A stretch of 64,000 bases of DNA. Source: an uncultured Planctomycetota bacterium. Lineage in GTDB: Bacteria > Planctomycetota > Planctomycetia > Isosphaerales > Isosphaeraceae. Position numbers and translations under genes: made by a program. Below the pieces are notes generated by a model, which was not told where the DNA came from, made no database searches, and saw only the letters and a list, made by a program, of their open reading frames with translations. The stretch covers positions 1,056,001 through 1,120,000 of the forward strand of contig CAWGMQ010000004.1 of NCBI GenBank assembly GCA_963823665.1, written 5' to 3'. Of the stretch, positions 29,975-39,601 are shown piece by piece; the stretch's first letter is position 1; each line of letters starts with the position of its first letter.

Positions 29975-32005
29975 CTACGGGAGAATCTGGCTGGCGATTG
30001 CACGGTCGGTGATCGACAGGTCGTCCGCAAGCATCAGGGCCTTGCTCAGAATGACCGAGAGACGCGTGTCGCCTTCGAAGGGGAGGAACACTGCGCTGTC
30101 AGGCTTGGCTTGCTGCGCGGGGACGATGCAGAGATACCTGTTATCAGGATCCATCATGATGTTGCCGCTGCCGAGATGAATCCGGTAGGTGCGCAACTGG
30201 CCGCGAACTACCAGAAATCGGTCGCTGATCGTGCAGCGATCCGCGATCTTCGACTGCGGTACGATGCGCTCGAGCGCGGCCCTGCGGGAGAGGGCCGTTT
30301 CGGAAAGCTCGCCGAAGGCATAGTCGTGCCAGTACTGGGCATGTCGGCCCTCGGGGCCGCCGTCAGCCCAGGTGGGATCGTTGCCGACGCCAGCGACACC
30401 CACAAACAGGTCAACGTCGCGCATGACCTCGGAGAAGACGAGCGGCGGCACCTGGTCCAGTGGCAGCGGGTCGCGCGAGCCCATCGGGCAGAATCGAACT
30501 TGATCGGTCGAGAGATATGTGAAGCCGCCCGCGTGTGCGTATTCGTCGCCGGCGCCATGCGTCCAGAGTTCCGCGCGGAGAGCCCAGTCCGGTAGCTCGC
30601 GCTCGGCGAATTCGTCGTCGACTGAGCTCCAGTGCCCGAGGTACCTGGTTTTCCACCGGCGTGTCTTCGCGAGGGCGCGAAACTGACTTTGTCTGAGGAT
30701 GTGAGCAGCAAAGCGGTTGGAGTAGGTTGCCGAGGAGCGTTCCGCGTCGGTCAGCAGGTAGACCTCGCGATGTGCTTGTTTGAACGGCTGGGTCACGTTG
30801 CTGTCTGCAAGAAGTTGCCGCCAGTGCAGCACATCAGCGACGGGCGAGCCGAGGGGATGCCAGACCGAGACGCGAGCTGCATCGGACAACGCGAGCGGAC
30901 GGCCTTCGTTATTCACGAGCGAACGGCCATCAAAAGCGCCGATGGTCACGGCGCCCTCGTGATCGAACGCCCACAGGATTCTCCGGCCGATTGTGCCGGC
31001 TACCGGATGGTCGAAGTATTTGTGCCGCCAGTCAGCCACACTCCATGATCGCCGTTCGAGCGGCGCGAACTCGAGCTGCTGCCGCACGGTTGCCAGCGTG
31101 CTTTCCACTTCCTTCACGGCCGCTTTCAGGCTCCGAAGTTCGGCTTCATGGGCACGCTTGACCTACGCCGGAATGCTCTTCTGCTCTTCGCCGCTCGGTT
31201 TGAACCAGCGAAGGTCGATGGCTCCGGAAGCCGTCACGACGAGCTCGGCCTTGAAGCTGGAGAGCACTTCGACGCGTCTGCCGATCTCGCTGAAGCTCGA
31301 CGTCGGGAGGGGCACATCACTCCGCGCCTCGAGCGGCACGCCAGCGCGGCCTGCAACGACCGCCCGGGCCGCCTCGATCAGCTCTTTCTGGATCTCGGCT
31401 TTCACCTGGTTTTGTAGAAACGCCAGCTCTTCCAGAGCGGTTGGGGCAGGTATCCGTGCGAGAACCCAGACGGCGAATCGACCGAGCGGGGAATTGTTTC
31501 GAAAGAAGAATTCGGCGGCGATACGCACGGCGCGGGCCAGCTCCGCATCGCTCGAATGCTCGTAGGTACATAGTATCCCGCGCAGGATTTCCCGGTTGAC
31601 GGAGAACTGCGATAGCGTGCTCGGCTTCGAATCGGGAACGGCGAGGAGCCATTTGAGGCGCAGCGATTGAAACGGCTCGGCTCCGATCGCCGCGATCTGC
31701 TCGCTGCTCGCCCGGGACCAGGCGTCCGACGCGCTTCGCAGGAAAAAGAGCCGCAAGCGCTCCCGGTGAAATGCCTCGAGATCCGGGATGTCGAGCTGGA
31801 TTTCGCCTGATTCGATATCCCAGTCGGTGGCGGGCGGTTCCGGTAAGGCCGCGCTCGCGTGGCTCAGAAACGCATTCCATTTCTGACGATCCGCATCGTT
31901 CATGCGGGCGAGGTCCTGCGACATCAAATCAGCCCAGCCGTCGTCGGGTTTCAGCCGCGCGGCGACCGAGTCGCTTGAGAGCCGGCTGATAGGATGATTC
32001 TGCAC
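29975..32005 (-). CDS. DUF4132-domain protein, interrupted by an in-frame TAG at 31163-31165
   Basis: VTQPFKQAHREVY, YSNRFAAHILRQ, FSEVMRDVDLFV, YRIHLGSGNI; ORFs 31163..32353 and 29975..31117 are in the same frame; AAGGAG RBS before GTG 32005. Confidence 0.8.
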
Positions 32006-32137
32006 GGGTCTCTCCTTTTCTAGAGCCGACGTGTCGTGCGGGTTACAGTATAATGGCGGTCCGGCATCGCGACCAATCATGCGGACGCCCCTCAAACGCA
32101 GGCCTGTGCGCCGGCAACACCGAGAGACGAGGCAGCC

Positions 32138-32536
32138 ATGTCGATGACGTTGACAATCCGCGACGAGGAAATGAACGGAGAGACGCTGAACGAATTCGCT
32201 CTCGACTTTCTCACCGAGCGGATCACGGTCCGTGAGCTGATTCGCAGCCGCGTGTACCAGGAAGTGAAGGATCACAATACCAAGCAGAATCAGACCAACT
32301 TTAGGGGCCTGGTTCAGCCTACGGACGCGGAACGAACGCTCAACGGATATCAACTGAAGAAGCCGCGGCAGATCAACTGGAAAGAGCAGTTCGAGAAGGC
32401 CGTTGAGGCGTTCGAGAAGAGCCAGATCCTCATTCTGGTCAACGGGCGGCAGCTTGATTCATTCGGGGACGAGATCGAAGTGGGGCCGGGGACGACGGTG
32501 ACATTTCTGCGGTTGACTTTGCTTGTGGGGGGGTGA
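32138..32536 (+). CDS. ubiquitin/ThiS-MoaD-like beta-grasp protein ending in Gly-Gly
   Basis: TVRELI; ILILVNGRQL.....I.V.PGTTVTFLRLTLLVGG-stop. Confidence 0.7.
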   Translation: MSMTLTIRDEEMNGETLNEFALDFLTERITVRELIRSRVYQEVKDHNTKQNQTNFRGLVQPTDAERTLNGYQLKKPRQINWKEQFEKAVEAFEKSQILILVNGRQLDSFGDEIEVGPGTTVTFLRLTLLVGG

Positions 32537-32639
32537 GGAGCGAACGCGGTGATGACCCGGCGGATTTTTGTGGTCGCGGAGACGTTCACCGCCGGCAGAC
32601 TGTGAAGAGCGCATTCCGGAAGAACGAGGTCCGCATCCC

Positions 32640-32768
32640 ATGTTGAAGATCCGGTCTATGATGATCGTGGTGGCCATCACCGCGATCTGGGTTTACATCA
32701 TTGCCGAGGGTGTCAAGTACCGGACTCGCCACGTCGGCACCAACAGCGGCTGGGACAGCCCTGAATGA
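32640..32768 (+). CDS. small single-TM protein, copy 1
   Basis: MLKIRSMMIVVAITAIWVYII...RHV; paralog at 34419. Confidence 0.55.
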   Translation: MLKIRSMMIVVAITAIWVYIIAEGVKYRTRHVGTNSGWDSPE

Positions 32769-32779
32769 GGCGGCGATCG

Positions 32780-33070
32780 ATGAACTGCAAAGATCTGTTC
32801 GCACTCGGAGTCCGGCTTTTCGGAGTGTGGCTCATCATGAACGGCATTTTTTATGTCGCAGGCTTCATCGACGGCAAGCTGTACCCTGCTTCCGATAGAG
32901 CCCGCGACAGTGCCGCCGCCAACCTGATCTACGCGTCACTCGATTTCGCTGTCGCCGCCTTTTTCCTGCTCTGGACCCATGTGATTGTCGGGTGGACATA
33001 CGGTGCGGAGCCAGAGACCGCCGATGAGGAGCCGGAGGCTCGCGTCGGGGAAGGCACTCCTGAAGGCTAG
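32780..33070 (+). CDS. small 2-TM membrane protein, copy 1
   Basis: MNCKDLFALGVRLFGVWL...; close paralog at 34579. Confidence 0.75.
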   Translation: MNCKDLFALGVRLFGVWLIMNGIFYVAGFIDGKLYPASDRARDSAAANLIYASLDFAVAAFFLLWTHVIVGWTYGAEPETADEEPEARVGEGTPEG

Positions 33071-33087
33071 CCGTCGCGAATTGCTGG

Positions 33088-33618
33088 ATGAGAAACGGCG
33101 CTGGGGGTCGCTCCGTGGCTTACTCGGTTCCTCGCATCGCCTGTCGCCTTGCCAGCGCAATCCTGCTCTTTCCCCCTGTCCGCATCTCGCTGGGCTTGGC
33201 CTTCGCCGCCCTGCTTTACATCGGCGGGTCGCAGATGGCCGAGAAGCTCACCGCGATTGGATATGCATTCATCGTGCAAGGCGTACTCTGCCTGGTCAGC
33301 GCGCTCGCCAGCATCGTTGTCAGAACGATTCCCAAGGCACTCTGCATGGTTGTCGGCCTCGGGAGCGAAGTGATGCTCCTGGCTGCGTGCGGCCGAAGCC
33401 AGGATGAGGAGCTGAGATGGTTGTCCGCAGCGGTCGATTCCCGCGTGGCGGTCTGGCTAGTTTACTACTTCGTCGCGATTCTGATCTGTACTTTCAATCT
33501 CCACGCGCATCGAACAATGAAGCCAAAAGAGCTCGCTGCGTTTGTGGGTGTCCTGCTCGCCCTGTTGTCGCTGAGCCCGATCTCGCTGGCGTGGAGAATT
33601 GCGACGAAGCTAGGTTGA
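33088..33618 (+). CDS. multi-TM hypothetical membrane protein
   Basis: About 5 hydrophobic segments. Confidence 0.6.
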   Translation: MRNGAGGRSVAYSVPRIACRLASAILLFPPVRISLGLAFAALLYIGGSQMAEKLTAIGYAFIVQGVLCLVSALASIVVRTIPKALCMVVGLGSEVMLLAACGRSQDEELRWLSAAVDSRVAVWLVYYFVAILICTFNLHAHRTMKPKELAAFVGVLLALLSLSPISLAWRIATKLG

Positions 33619-33629
33619 CCTCTCCCCGC

Positions 33630-34376
33630 CTACGCTGTTTCTGGTGCTGCTTCAGGTCGTTCTAGCGGGGTCTTCAGTATCGCCGGGAAAACGCTCCAGG
33701 CGGTCTGGTACGTTGCTTCCAGCGGACATTTCACATAATAGTCGGGCGTCAGAAAGATGGGTCGGTCCGGCAGAATGTCACCAACGGCCACCGGCTCGAT
33801 GTACGCGACGATCTCCGATCCCGACGCGTATGACGCCAGCGTGAGCGGCTTGTCCGGCGGAAGCTCGAAGGGCAGGTCGCACAGGCGGTCCCAGATCACC
33901 TTGTGAATTCCCTGAGGGTTCCGGCGATTGGGTGGGAACAAGTCCACGATCAGCAGATGGATTCCGGCCTGGAGAAACTCGACCGCCTTTCGTGCGAAGG
34001 CCCGAATGGCATGCCGGCTATCCTTGTTGCCTGGTGAGACAATCTCGATCACGGCAACCACGTCACCATCGGAATGGCGAATCGAGATCCGATCGGCCTT
34101 TCGGGCGTAATTGATCGCATCTGAACGGACGACGAAACGCGCCTCGGGTGGAGCGACGGCAACTGATGCTGCCGGCAACGATGGATTTCCTGGCGACGGG
34201 TTTAGTTCCAGGGCCACGACGTCGGCTTCCGGTCCGCCTGTGATCTGCTCGGCAAGGGCGAAAAACCCGGGGGGCAGACACCCGGAGTTCAATGCCGCAG
34301 CCAGGTTGGCCGTCCAAGTCTGATGAAAATGATGAAATATGTTGGCGCGAACGCGGGTCCAGTCGTGAATCGGCAT
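33630..34376 (-). CDS. DUF4058 / Uma2-like restriction-endonuclease-fold protein
   Basis: MPIHDWTRV..FHHFH..W, VIEIVSPGNK, IHLLIVDL, PLEATY. Confidence 0.85.
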   Translation of the reverse strand: MPIHDWTRVRANIFHHFHQTWTANLAAALNSGCLPPGFFALAEQITGGPEADVVALELNPSPGNPSLPAASVAVAPPEARFVVRSDAINYARKADRISIRHSDGDVVAVIEIVSPGNKDSRHAIRAFARKAVEFLQAGIHLLIVDLFPPNRRNPQGIHKVIWDRLCDLPFELPPDKPLTLASYASGSEIVAYIEPVAVGDILPDRPIFLTPDYYVKCPLEATYQTAWSVFPAILKTPLERPEAAPETA

Positions 34377-34418
34377 GACGGTACCACCTGCATTATATTG
34401 TAACGGGGCGAACATCCA

Positions 34419-34568
34419 ATGTGGCGAACTCCGATGCGATTCACGATCCGGGCACTCATGATTGCGGTCGCCGCCGCGGCGATCTGGCTTTATATCATCA
34501 GACAGTCGGCGAGGTATCAGGCTCGACACGTGGTCAGCAACGGCGGCGATTGGGGAAGCACGAAATGA
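34419..34568 (+). CDS. small single-TM protein, copy 2 (49 aa; absent from the ORF track)
   Basis: Manual translation: MWRTPMRFTIRALMIAVAAAAIWLYIIRQSARYQARHVVSNGGDWGSTK. Confidence 0.55.
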   Translation: MWRTPMRFTIRALMIAVAAAAIWLYIIRQSARYQARHVVSNGGDWGSTK

Positions 34569-34578
34569 GGCGTTTTCG

Positions 34579-34869
34579 ATGAACTATAAAGAATTGTTCG
34601 CACTTGGGGTCCGCCTCTTCGGGGTCTGGCTCATGACAACAGGTGTTATGTACGTCGCAGCGTTTGTCGACGGCAAGTTATACCCGATCTCTGACAGAGC
34701 GCGGGACAGCGCCGCGGCCAACTTGATCTACGCGACGTTCGATCTCGCTCTGGCCGCATTTTTCCTGCTCTGGACGCAAGTGATCGTCGGGTGGACTTAC
34801 GGCGTGGCGCCAAAGCCCGCCGAAGACGAGGAACAAACTGTCATCGAGGAAGGCCCTCCTGAACTCTAG
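34579..34869 (+). CDS. small 2-TM membrane protein, copy 2
   Basis: MNYKELFALGVRLFGVWL...DRARDSAAANLIYA. Confidence 0.75.
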   Translation: MNYKELFALGVRLFGVWLMTTGVMYVAAFVDGKLYPISDRARDSAAANLIYATFDLALAAFFLLWTQVIVGWTYGVAPKPAEDEEQTVIEEGPPEL

Positions 34870-34931
34870 TCGTCCGCGAATTTCTCTCGGCCACCAAACG
34901 GCCGTGGGACGCCCTTCACAGCGGAGGCGCG

Positions 34932-35321
34932 ATGGGAGAGAATGGGGGCTTGCGGTTTGTTCCCAGCCGCGTCACGGGGTTACCCGATGTGACTGAGGTG
35001 GGTGTCCACGCTGACCGGCTTGACGTGCGGACGGCCGGAGAGTGGATCGTCTATCGCTTTGCGGAGATGGTCGAGTGGCCGCGCCCCGCCTTCATCTGGC
35101 GGTTCCTCGCACGCTTCGGCTGGCGGCGGCGGTGGCTGCCGGTGGGCGAGAAGGATTGGTTTCATCCTCCATCGAAGCGATTCATGCGCTTCTACACGCG
35201 GCCGCGCCTGGTGATCTACATGCCTGACGAGCCTGAAGAGACAAACTTCGGGGATACGCTTTTCCGGCGCATTCAGGACGTTATGCTTGAGGGCGGCTAC
35301 AGTCTGTGGGACCTGGGATAG
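34932..35321 (+). CDS. hypothetical protein
   Basis: GGAGG RBS, 129-aa ORF. Confidence 0.7.
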   Translation: MGENGGLRFVPSRVTGLPDVTEVGVHADRLDVRTAGEWIVYRFAEMVEWPRPAFIWRFLARFGWRRRWLPVGEKDWFHPPSKRFMRFYTRPRLVIYMPDEPEETNFGDTLFRRIQDVMLEGGYSLWDLG

Positions 35322-35493
35322 ACCGATCGGTGCTCCATCGCGCGCTCAGATTCGCGGAGCAAAAGGCGACGCTCTAGAGGGCCGACGTGCTTCACGACGG
35401 TGTCGTCGGGACGCTGGCGTAGTCAGTGCCGCCCGAGCCCAGTCCCGTAAACGAGCAACCCTAATTTAGAATGAAAGAGCAAGGCGAGACGCG

Positions 35494-37058
35494 ATGATTC
35501 GATTGCTGCAATCCTGGTTCGGCGCGCGTATCGCGGTCATCCTGCTGGCCGTGGTAGTTTTCCTGGTCGCCCTCGTGTTGACTTTTCTTTTGCATCGCCT
35601 TTATTTCGTGATCCTGCCGCAGTGGGCGGTCAAGAGATTCAAGCGGCCTGATCCCGAGCGGCTGAGGCGCTACCTCGAGCTCGTCGCTGCAACTCCCTCG
35701 CTTGCCGGCCCCGTGGAGAAGCTCTTTGTACGGGGCGCACTGGTGGGAATCTACTTGCCACAGGGGCGGCACGCCGAGGCCGCGGCGCACTGTCGCGCGA
35801 ACCTGGCGAGCCTGGAGTGGGCAAGAGGCCGGCACAAGTTGGACTTCGCGGCGCTCGAAGCCGACGCCCGCCGCCGGCTAGCCGATTGCCTCGACGGGCT
35901 GGGCCAGACGCAGGAGGCCGAGGAAGAACGCCGGCTCGCCGAGGCCTGCGTCGAGCGGGCTCCTGGCGACGCCGTTCGCCATTTGACGCAAGGCACGCTC
36001 CTGGAGCGCCAGCACCGATATGCCGAGGCCTGCACCGCGTTCGAGCAGGCGCTGTCCTATACGTCCGAATCAGACCGCCAGGTGCGGATCGAGTGCATGA
36101 GCCACCTGGTCATCGCCTGCTTCAATGCCGGGCGGCCCGTCGAATGTCTCCGGTGGGCCGAACAGGTGATTGCTCTGGGTGCCGACGGAATACACCTGCG
36201 CGCGCCCACCGGATGGCGAGCGTGGCCTGCGGAAACCTGGGTCGTCTCGACGAATCGGAGGAGCATTGCCGTCGGGCTTACGATGTCGCTGTCGCCCTTG
36301 GAGATGCGGGCGTGGTGGGCGAGATTCTCGGCAGCCTCGCGGGCATCCAGCGCAAGCGAGGGAAGCTCGCAGAGGCCTACGAGGCGTGCGAGAAAGCTGC
36401 TGCCATGGATCCCAAAGCCGTGCGAATGGCCCTTGCGGAACAGTCACAAATCTTGAGGGAATGGGGACGGTACGACGAAGCGCTTGAGCTGATGCGTCGA
36501 TACGCCGAAACGCCGAAGCTTGTGATCCCGGCTCACGAGCGCCGGATCCGCGCTGTCGTCGCTCTGGATACGGCGCGCATCGAGGCGGAATGCGGACGGG
36601 CAGACGACGCGTGGGCCCATATCCAGGAGGCCAAGGCCGTGCTGGCGAATGATGCCAAGCTGGGCCTCAAGTGCGACGGCGCGCTGGCGTGGATCCTCGC
36701 GGTGCGCGGGCTCGCCGACGAGTCGCGACGCGTCGCCGGTGAGGTGGAATCTCGCCTCGTCGATTTCGAGCAAGACCCGAGCACGCGCCGCGGAGTCATG
36801 TACGACCTGGGCTTTGCCGCCTCCACGCGCGGCGACCACGAGAACGCTGAGAAATGCTGGAGCAGCTATCTGGAGCTGAGCCCGGACCCGGTCCATCAGC
36901 CGACGGCGCTGTACTTTCGGGGCGAGTGCCGGCGGGGGCGCGGCGATACATCGGGTGGATTAGCCGACTTTCGCGAGGCGGTGGCGATGAATATCGACTC
37001 GTGTCACGCGCGGCTTGCGCGGCGCGGGCTTGACGAAACGATTGCGGGGCCTGGGTGA
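35494..37058 (+). CDS. membrane-anchored tetratricopeptide-repeat protein (frameshift near 36205)
   Basis: N-terminal TM; TPR-like helices (GRYDEALE, ALYFRGECR) across ORFs 35494..36456 and 35817..37058. Confidence 0.8.
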
Positions 37059-37070
37059 CGTTTCCCCAGG

Positions 37071-37445
37071 CTACGCCGTCTTGGGCGCTGAATCAGGTCG
37101 TTCGAGCGGTGCCTTGAGTATCGCGGGGAAAACGTTCCAGGTTGCCTGGTAGGTTGCTTCGAGCGGGCAGTTCACATAGTAGTCTGGCGTCAGAAAAATG
37201 GGTCTGTCCGGCAGAACGTCGCCAACGGCCACCGGCTCGATGTATGCGACGATCTCGGGTCCCGACGCGTACGCCGCCAGCGTCAGCGGCTTGTCCGGCG
37301 GAAGCTCGAAGGGCTCGTCGCGCAGGCGGTCCCAGATCACCTTGTGGATTCCTTGGGGGTTCCGGCGATTGGGCGGGAACAGGTCCACGATCAGCAGATG
37401 GTGAAACCTGTTGGCGCGAACGCGAGTCCAGTCGTGAATGGCCAC
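37071..37445 (-). pseudogene. DUF4058 paralog with an in-frame 124-codon internal deletion
   Basis: AIHDWTRVRANRFHH is fused directly to LLIVDLFPP; the rest is near-identical to 33630..34376. Confidence 0.85.
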
Positions 37446-37802
37446 GGCAGTTTCTCCGCTCTGAGGAACAGGTCGGAAACAACTTCCGGCGATTTCAGTC
37501 AAGCGCGCCGGACAGCGGGACACCGTTCCGACGCTGAGCGCCCTAACGAGGGCTTTCCTTCGTGGTAGGGTTGATACCGAAATCGGGTAGTTAATGCCGG
37601 CCTGTTGTCTAGTGTAAGCGTACGATGTTCGCTCGTCCATGCAACCGAGCAGGGGAGTGCTTCGGTGAAGATTCATTAATCTCTTGTGGTCGTGTCGCGA
37701 ATCCGAAACGATTCACGTTTTTCTTGCTAGCAAGACGCAACCGGATGTCGTCTCCATCGCTCGCGCCTGCACGCATTGTGCACAACCAGGTGAATCATCA
37801 GG

Positions 37803-38693
37803 ATGGTGGTCCATCGTCCGGACTTTATTGTCGTTGGCGCCATGAAATGCGCAACGACCACGCTGCATGAGCAACTTGCGCGCCAGCCGGACGTGTTCAT
37901 GAGCCGGCCCAAGGAGCCGAATTTCTTTAGCGACGACGCAAATTATGCTCGCGGCTGGGATTGGTACTCATCGCTCTTCAGCGGCGCGCACCCGGCAACC
38001 GTGCGGGGCGAGTCGAGCACGCATTACAGCAAGCTTCCAACTTTTCCTCGAACCGTTGAGCGCATGGTGCGAGACTTGCCGCGCATTCGGTTGATTTACG
38101 TGATGCGCCACCCGATCGACCGGTTGGTTTCGCATTACGTTCATGACGTGACGGCCGGTGGAATTCGCTCGAGCCTGGTCGAGGCCGTCGAAGAACATCC
38201 CGAGCTGATCGAGTACAGCCGATATGCCATGCAGCTCGAGCCGTTCCTGGCTGCTTTTGGATTTGAAAGTGTGCTGCCCGTTTTCTTCCCCAGGTTGGTA
38301 ACCCAATCACAGCACGAGCTTGAACGCATCGGCCGCTTTCTCGGTCTTCAGAGCCCGCTGGTGTGGGACTTCACTCTGAGACCCCAGAACACCCGCCGCG
38401 ACCGGCTGCGGCCGAGCCCGATTCGCCAGGCACTGGTGCAGTCGCCCGTGCTCGGGCATCTGAGACGACAGGTTCTGCCGCGGCACTGGTCTCAGCAGGC
38501 CAAGAAGTTCTGGCGAGCGCAAGTCGAGCCGCCGCAGTTGCCGGCGGATCTGTCTGCCCGCCTGCGCGAGGTCTTTGATGCCGACTTGAGTCAGCTCGGC
38601 TCCTGGCTCGGAGCTGCGCTCGACTGCGAGAACTTCGACGCCGCGATGGGGAAGCAGCCGCACGACTGGGCCGTCCGCGATGCGAAGTCCTGA
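37803..38693 (+). CDS. PAPS-dependent sulfotransferase
   Basis: PDFIVVGAMKCATTTL, KEPNFF, GESSTHY, RHPIDRLVSHY. Confidence 0.9.
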   Translation: MVVHRPDFIVVGAMKCATTTLHEQLARQPDVFMSRPKEPNFFSDDANYARGWDWYSSLFSGAHPATVRGESSTHYSKLPTFPRTVERMVRDLPRIRLIYVMRHPIDRLVSHYVHDVTAGGIRSSLVEAVEEHPELIEYSRYAMQLEPFLAAFGFESVLPVFFPRLVTQSQHELERIGRFLGLQSPLVWDFTLRPQNTRRDRLRPSPIRQALVQSPVLGHLRRQVLPRHWSQQAKKFWRAQVEPPQLPADLSARLREVFDADLSQLGSWLGAALDCENFDAAMGKQPHDWAVRDAKS

Positions 38694-38697
38694 CGGC

Positions 38698-39459
38698 TTA
38701 ATCTGCTCGCTCCGACGAGGTCTGCCGCAACAAGAAGACGCTCACGAGCTCGGGCCGAATGAGCTTCTCCCCGGCGGCGAAACCCTTGCGGATCCGCGCT
38801 GCAACTCTTTTGTTGAGCGCGGGATCTTCGGTCGGCGAAGTGGAAATGGCGCGCTGCCGCTTCGGGTCAAACTCGTCTGTTTCGAGCGAGAATGGCTCGA
38901 CTCCCTGACGATAGAGGATGTCTTCGATCGCGGTCTGAATGGATTCGAGCAGACTGCGGAACGACGCTGTGCCGGGATTTTCGGAATCGGCGGAGGCCCG
39001 GGCGGCCGCCATTTTACCGACGTCGTCGTGGAGCTGAATCAGATCGATGAAGATGGGCCGCTGAACCTTGAGCAACAGGTCTTGCTTGTAGTCCTGGAGC
39101 TCGGCGTGTAGGCGGTCGACGATGCGCTCGCGGCTCGCTTCGCCTCGGAGCTCGCGCTCGAACGTGGATTTCAGTGCGTCGATACGCCCGCCGAGGTCGT
39201 CGCCCAGTGACCTGAAGGCGTCGAGCAAGGATGGTCCGGCCGGCGACCTGGCTGGCGCCGGGGCCGGCGGCGGGGGAATCGATCGCCGCTCTGCCGATTC
39301 CGGTTCCGGCGTGCCGTCTACCTCGGCTTCTGCCAAGCCTTCGAGCACGTCCAGCCCCAGGGCACCCTCGAGGACGAGGAATGCACCATCGGAAGGGGGG
39401 TGCTCGTTTTGACTGGCGGTCTGGGCGGCGTCGGTTGCGGCTCGATTGCTTTCGGGCAT
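38698..39459 (-). CDS. grpE: GrpE-family nucleotide exchange factor
   Basis: Coiled coil followed by GVEPF....FDPKRQRAI......RKGF..GEKLIRPELVSV. Confidence 0.8.
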   Translation of the reverse strand: MPESNRAATDAAQTASQNEHPPSDGAFLVLEGALGLDVLEGLAEAEVDGTPEPESAERRSIPPPPAPAPARSPAGPSLLDAFRSLGDDLGGRIDALKSTFERELRGEASRERIVDRLHAELQDYKQDLLLKVQRPIFIDLIQLHDDVGKMAAARASADSENPGTASFRSLLESIQTAIEDILYRQGVEPFSLETDEFDPKRQRAISTSPTEDPALNKRVAARIRKGFAAGEKLIRPELVSVFLLRQTSSERAD

Positions 39460-39601
39460 CGGTAACTCCTTGATCTTCGCGGGCCATCCCTGAGTATTCG
39501 CGCCGGGCATCCCGATGTTAAACTGTTTTGCTCCCGGGCCGCCAGAACGCGGCCCTTTTTGCCCTCCCGCCACGATGACGCCACGCCCCAGGAGACCGGC
39601 C

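Noticed and set aside
31163..31165. pyrrolysine or recoded TAG
   Set aside because: TAG is used as a normal stop elsewhere (e.g. 33070, 34869, 40294); no pyl genes seen
32640..37445. integron cassette array
   Set aside because: No intI and no convincing attC (RYYYAAC...GTTRRRY) sites; genes lie on both strands
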